Below are positions 1 to 9,169 of a stretch of 64,000 nt of DNA, one piece after another (the stretch's first letter is position 1; the number at the start of each line of letters is the position of its first letter). A model generated the notes under the pieces. That model was given only the letters and a program-made list of their open reading frames with translations. It did no database searches and was not told the origin of the DNA. The translations under genes were made by a program, and so were the position numbers. This DNA is from a virus. The stretch spans positions 50,038-114,037 of IMG/VR virus record IMGVR_UViG_3300046467_002136; one strand, given 5' to 3'.

Positions 1-1231
1 CGTTCCGACCGTCGATTACCGCGAAGATCAAATCTTCTAGAGCCACATTTGCTTCTGTCACCACACCGTTGACCGTGTCCTGGCCGGTGATGTAGCGGAA
101 GTTCGTGGTGTCTCCCGACAGAGAGCGGGCTCCGTAAACTCGAAGCGAACCGTTGATCACTCTCAGTGCATTCACGAGAGCTACGTCTAGGGAGTCACCA
201 GAGATCTGATCGACTTCCAGCTCTGGGGAAACGACCCAGCGGGCGTTCGAAATGATTCCTGCACCTGCTTGCTGTGGGCCAACCTGATTGTGTGCCCGCG
301 AGCGTGTCGCCGCCACATAGCCATCCGGTGGGATCAAGCGAGTCACACCTGCTGTTGAGGTGGGGACGTTGATCCAAGGGAAGTAGCCAGCGGCATGTTC
401 CGTGTTGGTTTCACTCGCCGTAATCAGCTCAGACCATGTTTCAGCCTGAGCGACCGTCTGCGAAGCTGCCGGATGCAAGATGGCGATCCGGTTGTAGGTG
501 TTGGCGTGAACGATGAGAGCCTGATAAGTCGCTGTTGCCGAAGACTCTGGGTTTGATACGCAACCTGTGCCGTAAGCATGGTTGAACAGGGTCAACGCTG
601 CAGCGTGGCTTGAAGTCGTGATGGCCGCACGGTCATCCGTAGAAGCTGTAGTGCCGCCAGAGGGCTGATCCGAATAGGTCAGTGCCGTAGATCCGTGATT
701 GCCCGGAAGGTTGGTTCCCAAACTTGAAGCCGTCACATACTTCGATGCGACTGAGCTGCCGTTAATCTTGCCGATAACCTGATCCACTGTGGTGCAGTTG
801 CCCGAATTAAACACCTGAACGTTGTAGTAGAGAAGCTTAACAATGACGCTATTAGCGACAGTTCCTGCTTCAACGGTGAAGGTCATGTTTGCGGACCAGT
901 CGCCCGGCCCTACAGCGGTTAGCTGCATTGAGTCACCCGCAGAGCTATCGAGGAGCTTATATTTGCCCTCAGTGGCTGATGCACCGACAACGCGAACGAC
1001 ATAACACTGAGTGCCGCCCTCTTCAAAGAAGGTTTCTACAGTCGGATGCAAATACGCGTAAGACTGGTATCCACCATACTGTGATTCGAAGTCAGCAATG
1101 CTGGTGACCAGTGTGGCCTTTTCTTCAGGCCCTCTCAGAGCCAGACCGACAAAAAATGCTTGCGACGAATCGCGAATCGTGTCAGCTGATGGACCCGTTC
1201 TAACTGCTGTGGTAATAACTACGCCAGGCAT
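1..1231 (-). CDS. Contractile tail sheath protein (runs off the left edge)
   Basis: Not in the ORF track. My translation from ATG 1231 gives MPGVVITTAVRTGPS...AFFVGLALRGP...SIADFESQYGG...VETFFEEGGTQCYVVRV, a typical sheath N-terminus. The 3' part contains NALRVINGSLRVYGARSL. Confidence 0.9.
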   Translation of the reverse strand, partial: MPGVVITTAVRTGPSADTIRDSSQAFFVGLALRGPEEKATLVTSIADFESQYGGYQSYAYLHPTVETFFEEGGTQCYVVRVVGASATEGKYKLLDSSAGDSMQLTAVGPGDWSANMTFTVEAGTVANSVIVKLLYYNVQVFNSGNCTTVDQVIGKINGSSVASKYVTASSLGTNLPGNHGSTALTYSDQPSGGTTASTDDRAAITTSSHAAALTLFNHAYGTGCVSNPESSATATYQALIVHANTYNRIAILHPAASQTVAQAETWSELITASETNTEHAAGYFPWINVPTSTAGVTRLIPPDGYVAATRSRAHNQVGPQQAGAGIISNARWVVSPELEVDQISGDSLDVALVNALRVINGSLRVYGARSLSGDTTNFRYITGQDTVNGVVTEANVALEDLIFAVIDGRN

Positions 1232-1374
1232 AAGACCTTCCCGTTCCTAATTGGAGCTTCCGGGTACCGGAGCCACCTTGTTAATTCTACAAAACGCTTC
1301 CGCGTATTTGTGTAACTGTTGACTATAGATTATCAGACCAGAAGCTTTCTCTAGTGAGACTTTACAGTATGTAC

Positions 1375-1737
1375 TCACTTTGCTTCTCGTTCCCATTCAG
1401 TGCCGTCCTGTACAAGACCGTCACCATCACCATCTCTGGCATCAGGGTTGTATCCAGTAGCTTTAGTTGACGCGGCAGGTGGTGCCTTTTTCTTGGGGGA
1501 AGATTTTTTCGGAGAGCCGCCACTAATGAGGTTTAAAAGCCCGGCCTCTACTAATTTCTCTAAAATAGGGTTGCTTTCTGACACGCACCCGAAATGACCG
1601 ATGGGAACCGTGTGTCCTAGCTCGTCTATTTCGCGAATAGCGAGACCCATGTTGTAGACGACAACGTCGCCAGCCTTAACGTGGGCATCCGCTTTGTCGC
1701 GGTGCATGCTGTCAAACACATTAAATGAAATAGCCAT
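1375..1737 (-). CDS. Small virion-associated protein with C-terminal DGDGDG motif
   Basis: 120 aa. Ends in YNPDARDGDGDGLVQDGTEWER, the motif shared with four giant head-locus proteins. TACAAT lies 6 nt before the ATG. Confidence 0.7.
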   Translation of the reverse strand: MAISFNVFDSMHRDKADAHVKAGDVVVYNMGLAIREIDELGHTVPIGHFGCVSESNPILEKLVEAGLLNLISGGSPKKSSPKKKAPPAASTKATGYNPDARDGDGDGLVQDGTEWEREAK

Positions 1738-1751
1738 ACCTTGATTGTACC

Positions 1752-2012
1752 TTATCCTTTGTGAAGCATATGTCCAATAGCGTCAAACTGGGCAATAACC
1801 TCTAAATGATCTGCAGCGAGTGCTCCAGAAATTAATTCTGTGTTGAGACACATCATATTACCTAATGGTTCTATTCTGTGACCACAACAACTACAAGTCT
1901 CAATTGTGTGTTGTGCTTTACTATGAACAACAATGCAGTTGGATCTTTCATAATCCATAGATATGGCATCAGCTGCACCACGCGGAACGGTTTGGCATAA
2001 ACAGCAACTCAT
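1752..2012 (-). CDS. Hypothetical Cys/His-rich protein
   Basis: 86 aa ORF coupled by an ATGA overlap to the upstream gene. Confidence 0.5.
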   Translation of the reverse strand: MSCCLCQTVPRGAADAISMDYERSNCIVVHSKAQHTIETCSCCGHRIEPLGNMMCLNTELISGALAADHLEVIAQFDAIGHMLHKG

Positions 2013-2668
2013 TCAGACGAACCTCCGGTAGTTGTGTATCCAAGGTTTGTTGGCAAATCAAGAGAGGTATCGCCGACACCTACATTCTTGACACCGATCT
2101 GGATGCCCTCTTCTTTGACCGTGCCGAGCTTGGTTCTGGAAACAACTTCATTGATGCCCATGGTGTAGCCGATATACGAACCAGCCATGACTCGATCACC
2201 TTTTACTAGTGTCAGGTCAGAAAACTCTTCACGCATCGTCGATTCGTCGATTTCTACTTTCCATGTGTCTCGCGCGTCTGTTGCTTTAAGACAGGGTCGA
2301 TCAAGAAGGGCAGCTCTAGTCACGGTTGTTAACCGATCGCGCATATAGGTCACAGCCTCAGAACCATTTGCTTTGGCCCAAATATAAGTACGCATTGTGT
2401 AATTAACTCGATACTCGGGTTCTGATGGTGTATCTGATGACCAGCCAAGTCTTTCCATATTTGCAGTCGATATGGCGACGGTAATAATCATTGGCCAAGC
2501 ATCGATAGCAACTGGTTCAAAAGTCAGAAATTTCAAAGGGTCAGGCAAAGTGGCACTGTCGACACCCCAACCGTTTCTGTATTCGACAAGACGAACAGGA
2601 AGATCCGTTTTTAAGAAATCGTTTACATAGCTCTTGGCGAACTGTGCACCATGCATAAGGTCTGCCAT
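2009..2668 (-). CDS. Putative tail terminator/tail completion protein
   Basis: Position between the neck genes and the sheath, and typical size (219 aa). Function inferred from synteny. Confidence 0.55.
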   Translation of the reverse strand: MADLMHGAQFAKSYVNDFLKTDLPVRLVEYRNGWGVDSATLPDPLKFLTFEPVAIDAWPMIITVAISTANMERLGWSSDTPSEPEYRVNYTMRTYIWAKANGSEAVTYMRDRLTTVTRAALLDRPCLKATDARDTWKVEIDESTMREEFSDLTLVKGDRVMAGSYIGYTMGINEVVSRTKLGTVKEEGIQIGVKNVGVGDTSLDLPTNLGYTTTGGSSE

Positions 2669-3183
2669 TAGAGACTACCTTCTAATGCTTCGCGGCCTTC
2701 CGACATGTAGTCAACGGCCCATTTGCCCCAGCGGATATGAGCCTCATACGGTTCAAAAATAATTTGCCGCTTCGGCATCTTGCTCGTTCCCATTTGATGA
2801 AATTTTGCCCATTCGATATCTGTTCCAAAAACTGCTCGTTTGGCATGAATCTCGTTTGGATTTCCCCTCAAGCTCGACAAACTATTAAATAACCGACCCG
2901 TCTGTATGAGTGTCGTAGCTCCAGGAAAGCGAGCTGCTTTCCACGAGCCATACTGGGCGTCCAAAGGTGCCCAACCCCCTACGGGTAGTCCATTTGACGT
3001 GAAGTTTTTTGCCCAGTGCTGTTCTAGATCATCACGAATGCGTTCGAAAACTGGACCAAAGTCTCTGGCACGTCGTTGTACACCATTGATTTCTCGTTTG
3101 AGAGGTTGGGTATTGAACTTGGTGTCAAACTCAATTTGAACACCTTTTGCCCGCCGCGCTCTTTGGAGTGTTCGAAATGCCAT
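2668..3183 (-). CDS. Virion morphogenesis / tail completion protein (Mu gpG / P2 gpS-like)
   Basis: WAPL...LIQTGRLFNSL...FGTDIEWAKFHQMGTSKMPKR motif. The likely start is MAFRTL at 3183, just after the upstream stop. Confidence 0.75.
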   Translation of the reverse strand: MAFRTLQRARRAKGVQIEFDTKFNTQPLKREINGVQRRARDFGPVFERIRDDLEQHWAKNFTSNGLPVGGWAPLDAQYGSWKAARFPGATTLIQTGRLFNSLSSLRGNPNEIHAKRAVFGTDIEWAKFHQMGTSKMPKRQIIFEPYEAHIRWGKWAVDYMSEGREALEGSL

Positions 3184-3184
3184 G

Positions 3185-3820
3185 TTAAGCCACCCGAATT
3201 CGGCGATGTCGTTTGACCGCCAATAACTCCCTATCTGTAAACCCTGTTTCCATAGGGCCGATATTTCGAGGTTCGAGATCTTTGATGCCGACAACATCGT
3301 CGTGCATGTTCTGCATCTCTCTCGAAGCTGCCCTAAGAATCATCAACCTGAAAGTAGGAATACTGGCACCGGCAAGACCGGCATTATAGGTAACTGTCAA
3401 CTTGTCGTTTGCGCCGCCACGATAAACATCTACGCCGTACCGACGTGCAACATATTCAGTTCCGGCAGTCAAAGTCTCGGCGGCACTTCCGGGAGTTACA
3501 GGAGTAAGAACGATACTCGCAATCGAGTTAACAGGGCTCTCTCGTAAATATAGTGTTGCTGGAGGATCTGTATACGAAAGAATGCCGCTTGTGTTCGAGT
3601 CGAGTTTGTTATCGTAGAAGAATGAAGTTTCAGGCATGCCCAAATGATTCGAATCGAGAATGTAATCCTCGGTAAAATTGGCTGCTTCAATCTTGCGCCC
3701 TAAAAAAGTTTCTAGTTCTGATTGAAGACCGCTGAGAATAATGTCAGCAGCGTCTTGTTGACGTAAACTGAACTCAATATCCATGTAGGTTTTAAGATTG
3801 GCACGAGTTACTAGAGCCAT
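3185..3820 (-). CDS. Head-tail connector/adaptor protein
   Basis: MALVTRANLKTYM N-terminus and TVTYNAG motif of gp6/gp15-like adaptors. Synteny and a GGAG RBS support it. Confidence 0.7.
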   Translation of the reverse strand: MALVTRANLKTYMDIEFSLRQQDAADIILSGLQSELETFLGRKIEAANFTEDYILDSNHLGMPETSFFYDNKLDSNTSGILSYTDPPATLYLRESPVNSIASIVLTPVTPGSAAETLTAGTEYVARRYGVDVYRGGANDKLTVTYNAGLAGASIPTFRLMILRAASREMQNMHDDVVGIKDLEPRNIGPMETGFTDRELLAVKRHRRIRVA

Positions 3821-3832
3821 GGTGGCAGGCTC

Positions 3833-4012
3833 CTATCTAATTACACGCGGACGGCGCCTACGGCCTCTGCGGATAATGTCACGCACGCGCTCATTGGCTA
3901 TACGTCCACGACCACGGCGAGCTTCACGGCCACGCAAAAGAGAGCGAATGCTGCGGCGAATTCGCCCAGCTCGCCGAAAGTCAAATTCGCGTTCTTTACC
4001 GGGTGAGGGCAT
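3833..4012 (-). CDS. Small Arg-rich protamine-like protein
   Basis: 59 aa from ATG 4012, with a GGAAGG RBS. 23 of 59 residues are Arg. Confidence 0.6.
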   Translation of the reverse strand: MPSPGKEREFDFRRAGRIRRSIRSLLRGREARRGRGRIANERVRDIIRRGRRRRPRVIR

Positions 4013-4087
4013 ATAACGGCACCTTCCTAGATGGAATCTAGTTCTAGTGTAGCGCACTAGGCCCTTACACTATATACCCGTTAATTG

Positions 4088-4654
4088 TTACCTATCGGCG
4101 TTAGGAGGTTTTTCTGTTGCGACTTCTTTTTTGTCGACAGTTCCGGGCGGAGCTTCCACTGGAACCCATGCCATCGAATAACGATGATTCGGAACTTTTC
4201 GGTGCTTAATGATCGAGCCATCCAGCATCAATTCTAATTCATCGCCCTTCATACAAAAACGAGCCACGAAATCTTCTACCGAAAACGCCTTAGATCTTTT
4301 CAGTTGTTTTACAATTCGAGATAGTTTATGAGCAACCATGTTCCCACGACCACGATTCAATTGAATGTGTAAGGCCATAGCCTCAGTTTCGCCACAATCA
4401 ATCACATGAACAGGTACGCCATCAGCAAACCGTTCTGACAGGTGTTTATTACCCCTGATTGCTCGCAGCCGCTGAGAGCCGTCAATTACGTTCATGCCGT
4501 CCTTCTGAACAACAAGTGGGGAAAGCACCCCATAATCCATTAGGGCCGCTGTCAGGACCAACAAATCCGGTCTAAGGATATATGTGGCATTCCACTCTGG
4601 AATATTGAGCTCCTCGTAATCCCGAACCCACATCGTGTATTGCTCTGCACTCAT
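4088..4654 (-). CDS. ParB/Srx-like protein (IbrB-like)
   Basis: WNA...YGVLSPLVV...VIDGSQRL...IQLNRGRG motifs. Directly follows the IbrA-like gene. Confidence 0.7.
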   Translation of the reverse strand: MSAEQYTMWVRDYEELNIPEWNATYILRPDLLVLTAALMDYGVLSPLVVQKDGMNVIDGSQRLRAIRGNKHLSERFADGVPVHVIDCGETEAMALHIQLNRGRGNMVAHKLSRIVKQLKRSKAFSVEDFVARFCMKGDELELMLDGSIIKHRKVPNHRYSMAWVPVEAPPGTVDKKEVATEKPPNADR

Positions 4655-5778
4655 GAGGCTTCCTCCGCTGCTTTCTGCCTCACTGTGTAGGCTCTGGTTT
4701 TTGGCCCCACGGGGGAGGCCGAAGTCGTGGTGAGTTCATTAAGTAGGAGATTCCTGATCAACCAATTTATTGGATACGAATGCGGATCTAAAGCATGCTT
4801 CTTCCTAAATTCAGCTGCATATGCCTTAGCCCTTCGAGCTTTTGAATCACCGATCATATAATCATCAATTACGTCGGTTACCCCGTCCCAACCTTCCTCA
4901 GCATAATTGTTGATCAGTTGTTCGATGTCGAAGTCCTTCCACCAGCGGCGCTGGGCGTCGATCTGGGGGAAACATTCATACAACCGATCATAAAATTCTG
5001 GTTCGGTGGCGACCACGTCACCAATGCGTCGAATCGCAACAGAGTGAAGTGGTATCCCGACCCGAGTATTTGAACCGGTTAATGCTGCCCTGTCGTAATA
5101 CTCGCAATAGGGGGCATTGTGTTCTTCAGTAATGAATTTGAATACATCGTTGACATTCCAGTCGTAGATGACTTTCGCAAACTTCAGAGGTGTTCCACGT
5201 TTTATACCGAAGGGTGTGACGATGTAGTTCTCGTGCAACTTTTGGACCAAGGATCGATAACGAATCATCGACTCAGCAGCCCGGACACCAGTAATGAAAG
5301 CAACGCTTCCTTGCTTCCCTTGCATCGTGTAAAAATCAACAGCTTCAGGTAGGGGTTGACCCCCTTCTAGCCCAAACGATTTTGCGCTAATCGCATCTTC
5401 CGGCATTTCGCGCACCCATCGTCCTGCCTGTTCCCGATATTCCCCCCATAACACCACAGGTTGTCGTCTGCCTAGAACCCAGACTTCTCCGCCGTAGGGA
5501 AGGCAATACCATTCCATGTCGATCCAATCGAAATTTCTGACCATTTCGACATATTCAAGAACGAGGGGACTTACCATCTCTTCATCCCTGAATATAACTT
5601 TGACTGGACCTAGGCCACGTTCTTCGTGTACCTCTTTAGCCAGATAGAGAACAGCGGTGCTGTCCTTGCCTCCAGAAAATTGAATACAGACGGTATCGAA
5701 AGTATCGTAGACATGACGTATCCGCTGACGAGCGGCTTCAAGACATGTGATGTCTAAAAACATCCGCTGACGAGTCAT
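4651..5778 (-). CDS. PAPS-reductase-family PP-loop protein (IbrA-like)
   Basis: EAARQRIRHVYDTFD, SGGKDS PP-loop, FRDEE, GVRAAES..R and IYDW..NDVF motifs. Confidence 0.85.
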   Translation of the reverse strand: MTRQRMFLDITCLEAARQRIRHVYDTFDTVCIQFSGGKDSTAVLYLAKEVHEERGLGPVKVIFRDEEMVSPLVLEYVEMVRNFDWIDMEWYCLPYGGEVWVLGRRQPVVLWGEYREQAGRWVREMPEDAISAKSFGLEGGQPLPEAVDFYTMQGKQGSVAFITGVRAAESMIRYRSLVQKLHENYIVTPFGIKRGTPLKFAKVIYDWNVNDVFKFITEEHNAPYCEYYDRAALTGSNTRVGIPLHSVAIRRIGDVVATEPEFYDRLYECFPQIDAQRRWWKDFDIEQLINNYAEEGWDGVTDVIDDYMIGDSKARRAKAYAAEFRKKHALDPHSYPINWLIRNLLLNELTTTSASPVGPKTRAYTVRQKAAEEAS

Positions 5779-6563
5779 AGTTCTGAATGCGCCTCGACAA
5801 ATGACATCAACTTCTCCGCAGTTGTGTCGCCCTCATAAGCCGGTTGCCCACGAAGCCATCGCACGAAGGTGTACCAATCTTTCTGCTGGGCGGGATCATC
5901 GAAAACCAAGGTGTACTGAACAACTGCTTTGCTTAACCCGCCCTGAGGCGTAACCGTGCTGCCCTGAATGGCAATATCGTTATGGTCAACGCTGTCGTCG
6001 GCGACAATCCTTCGTTCCCCATCCTCGCCATCCTGCACTAAAGCATCTAACGCATTGTCCATCCTGTCGATCAGAGATGGACGAGTAAATGTTGTGGTGC
6101 CGCCCTCTCTGTCAGCGGCAATTTCTGCCTGCTCTTCATAGAGGGAAATCTCGAAGTCGTCCCATGCCAAGTCACTCATGAGGTCGCCATACTCGTCAAC
6201 AACGCTCAGAATCATGTCAACGGCCTTGGTATTGTCCGTATGACCCAACTCCATTGTCCGGTTGTCGGCGAGTGCAAAAGCAACAGCCCGTTTGTCATCT
6301 CCGTCAAAAGGCACAGCAGCAATATGAGTCCAACCAAGTTTCTTAGCTGCTTCGACCTGATGGTTGCCAGCGATCACCGTGGCCTTATCGTTTTCGTTCA
6401 AACGAATCACGATGGGCTTCACTTGACCAAACTCATCGTATGACGCAGCAATCGCTTCAACATTTCCAACTCTTGGATTGTTGACAAGGGGCTGCAGGTC
6501 ACTCAACGGAATAAGTAGCTCGGTGAGGGACTCGTGGACTTTATGGTTGTTCTCCATGGTCAT
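5775..6563 (-). CDS. ParB-like N-terminal domain protein
   Basis: NNPR...IAASYDEFGQVKPIV...VIAGNH...AAKKLGW...LADNR motifs. Confidence 0.85.
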   Translation of the reverse strand: MTMENNHKVHESLTELLIPLSDLQPLVNNPRVGNVEAIAASYDEFGQVKPIVIRLNENDKATVIAGNHQVEAAKKLGWTHIAAVPFDGDDKRAVAFALADNRTMELGHTDNTKAVDMILSVVDEYGDLMSDLAWDDFEISLYEEQAEIAADREGGTTTFTRPSLIDRMDNALDALVQDGEDGERRIVADDSVDHNDIAIQGSTVTPQGGLSKAVVQYTLVFDDPAQQKDWYTFVRWLRGQPAYEGDTTAEKLMSFVEAHSEL

Positions 6564-6898
6564 ACCTGTACCCGCACGTTGGCATTGAGGGTTCGCATCG
6601 CATCGATGGATGATCTTAAGGAGAGTAGCTTTTCCCGCTTCGATTTTAGTAGGGCTTCCGATATTTTGTACTCAAAGTGTTCGTCAGCCATTTTGTAGTC
6701 GGCCCAGGATTCCCGCTCCTTGATCGACCCCTTGGCAGACAGATACTCCTTAGCCCACGCCGACTTGTATCTTGCTTCTTTCTTAGCGTTGTCTTCAGCG
6801 AGGCTTTCGAAAGCTTCTGTTTCGTTTTCTAACTCGTCAAGGAAATGAAGCAGTCGTTGTTCGATCTCAACTTGGCTGATAGGGCCTCTAAAGTTCAT
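6560..6898 (-). CDS. Hypothetical coiled-coil protein
   Basis: 112 aa helical ORF with overlapping start/stop on both sides. Confidence 0.6.
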   Translation of the reverse strand: MNFRGPISQVEIEQRLLHFLDELENETEAFESLAEDNAKKEARYKSAWAKEYLSAKGSIKERESWADYKMADEHFEYKISEALLKSKREKLLSLRSSIDAMRTLNANVRVQV

Positions 6899-7767
6899 AA
6901 TATTCTTTCTTCAAAATAGGCTTCTACTTCAGCCAAGGTCGGAGTGTCCCAAAGCTCGCTCCTACCGTGAGCTACATCATATTTATATGTTCCGTAATAC
7001 TTGAAATCGTCGTGCAGCTTTGGCAGCCAGTGAGGCTGAGTCCATGTGGCCACGTCATCCGGTTCAGCGATGCGCACCGGAGTGTTGAGTCCGAAGAACC
7101 CTAAATAAGAAAGTCTTTCACCGGAAGTAACTGGCTTAACGGAGTGTGCAGCTATGTAATTGGCAGGAAAGTACATGCAATCACCAGTTGACAATCTGAC
7201 TGTGGTGTCTAGATATGGGAAGAAGAATTCACCGCCCTCGTAATCATCGTTGAGACCCGTCGCACAGGCAACAACCTGAGCGCCTTCTATCTGGTGAGAA
7301 GGCAACTCCCTTTTTCCATTATGTGAACTAAAGCTTGACGCCTGATCGTTGTGGGTGTCCATCCATTGCAAGTCGGTGTAGCTCAGGGCATATCCTCTGG
7401 TGCGCCACCAAAGTGTTTCCGCTAGCAACGGGTACTCCGTCATGTAATCAACCAAATACATGTATCGGAAGTCTTCTAAAACCCCCCACTCTAAATCGAT
7501 GTCCTCATCCGTATCCTGAGTCACCACTTCATGTATTCGTACCGGCTGCTGTGGGAGCATCGGCGTTTCAAGCTTGGCCCTGTCGCTGACGTAACGCTGC
7601 AGCATGGGCTCGATCGTCGTTACATCTCTATATATAACGACTCCCGGCGCAGGCGTTTCCTTCCGACCCAACCCCCATAGAGCTTCCTCCCAACAAGTTC
7701 TCGGGTGCATGATGGCGTCAATGAACTCTTCCACCTCGGGAGTGTAGGCATCCATTTTATTAGTCAT
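6895..7767 (-). CDS. 2OG-Fe(II) oxygenase (prolyl-4-hydroxylase-like)
   Basis: HxD (HND), LNDDYEGGEFFFP, GDxxxFPAN, H.VKPVTSGER motifs. Confidence 0.85.
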   Translation of the reverse strand: MTNKMDAYTPEVEEFIDAIMHPRTCWEEALWGLGRKETPAPGVVIYRDVTTIEPMLQRYVSDRAKLETPMLPQQPVRIHEVVTQDTDEDIDLEWGVLEDFRYMYLVDYMTEYPLLAETLWWRTRGYALSYTDLQWMDTHNDQASSFSSHNGKRELPSHQIEGAQVVACATGLNDDYEGGEFFFPYLDTTVRLSTGDCMYFPANYIAAHSVKPVTSGERLSYLGFFGLNTPVRIAEPDDVATWTQPHWLPKLHDDFKYYGTYKYDVAHGRSELWDTPTLAEVEAYFEERIL

Positions 7768-8284
7768 CGAATTTCCCTACCGCTCTTGACCAGTCGATGT
7801 TCTCCAAGGCTTCCAAGTGGTTCTTAGGCCATTCGTATTCCGAAGCATCAAAACGAGATCGACCCATTTGTTCGAGAATCCACGCATCACACATATCGTC
7901 GGCACCCTTGCCCTCCCAAACTAATCCAGTTCGGGCAGAGATTGCAGAGATGACTTCAACCTTTGACGCGTTTCCTCTTCCGGTTGCGAACTTGGCACGG
8001 CAGGTCGGAGGGATGTCTACGACGGTGTAGTTGTCCTCGTGCAGAGCAAGACGAATGACGCCACCCAGTTCTCCGATGGAATGAGCCTGACTCGCCCGCG
8101 AAGCAAACGAGTAGCCCTCAATCAAGACCACATCCGGGCGATGTTCCCGGCAGACGAGCATGACCTCATCCCTGATGGCCGCAAGCCGTTCCACACCCTT
8201 CTCCTTAACGGCGATTGCGCCCATGTCTTTGTCACAGGAATATCCCGTAGATGTAAGCGACAGGTCAAGACCCATAAACTTCAT
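7760..8284 (-). CDS. ruvC: RuvC-like Holliday junction resolvase
   Basis: GLDLSLTSTG, VLIEGY, KFATGRGNASK and DDMCDA acidic catalytic motifs. Confidence 0.8.
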   Translation of the reverse strand: MKFMGLDLSLTSTGYSCDKDMGAIAVKEKGVERLAAIRDEVMLVCREHRPDVVLIEGYSFASRASQAHSIGELGGVIRLALHEDNYTVVDIPPTCRAKFATGRGNASKVEVISAISARTGLVWEGKGADDMCDAWILEQMGRSRFDASEYEWPKNHLEALENIDWSRAVGKFDD

Positions 8285-8661
8285 GGTTTTTTTCGCCATC
8301 CGGGGATAGCCAAGCCAAGCTCGATTGCAGTTGCCGGTTCACGTCCGATACGGTCATGACAATCACGACACACAGCCATAAGATTTTCTTCTTCAAGAAT
8401 GGAGCCACCCTGTGAGCGGCGTTTCAATTCGTGAATATCGACGCTTGCATTCCGTTTGTAAAGTGTTACCTCATCGTGCTGTGCCCAAATTGGGCATGCC
8501 TCACAGTAGGGTCGCTCTTGCAGGAGACGAGACACCACCTTCCTGCGTTCGACGTACTTCTGCTGCATCTTCTTGCTGCGTGGGTTAAGAGAGCCTGTTC
8601 GCTTTAATGAGCCACTTCGTTTAAGCGGCCCACCACGGTTCATAGGCTTCTTGCGTTTCAT
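8281..8661 (-). CDS. HNH endonuclease
   Basis: CEAC...DIHELKRRSQGGS...NLMAVCRDCH motif. Confidence 0.85.
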   Translation of the reverse strand: MKRKKPMNRGGPLKRSGSLKRTGSLNPRSKKMQQKYVERRKVVSRLLQERPYCEACPIWAQHDEVTLYKRNASVDIHELKRRSQGGSILEEENLMAVCRDCHDRIGREPATAIELGLAIPGWRKKP

Positions 8662-9167
8662 ACGGCGTCACTGGTTACCTGATCAAAGTCCCACTTATTC
8701 TCCAACGCTGCCCACAAGGCACGATCAATAGCCGTATCTTCCAAGTCGTGCGCATCCATTAATTCGCGGTGCTTCAAAATTGCGCGACGGTAAAAATTAG
8801 CTGATTCAAACGGATTCATGTCAATAGGTTTACCGGTCTGAATCATTCCCTTAACTTGGCTCAAACGGTTATCAACATGGAACTTAAAACGTTCGACCTT
8901 TGTTTTTTTAGACGCATATGCATTTTCTGCCTCTTTGGCCAACTTGCGTCCGTCTTTACCCAGAGCCATATAGCGATTCGCGTCTGATTCGGCATCTGCA
9001 TCGATACTCTCAATCTGAGTCAAGAGGTTTTCAGACAATGCGTTCAGGGCGCGCTTCCAACGATCCCAATTTACCGACTCCAACAAAACTTTCCGGTGAC
9101 CCGGCGACAACTTGTTTTTGACTTCTTCCGCAACTAATTGCGCAAAAGAATCATCTGTTATTTGCAT
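8658..9167 (-). CDS. Hypothetical protein
   Basis: About 170 aa helical ORF inside the operon. Confidence 0.6.
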   Translation of the reverse strand: MQITDDSFAQLVAEEVKNKLSPGHRKVLLESVNWDRWKRALNALSENLLTQIESIDADAESDANRYMALGKDGRKLAKEAENAYASKKTKVERFKFHVDNRLSQVKGMIQTGKPIDMNPFESANFYRRAILKHRELMDAHDLEDTAIDRALWAALENKWDFDQVTSDAV

Positions 9168-9169
9168 TT

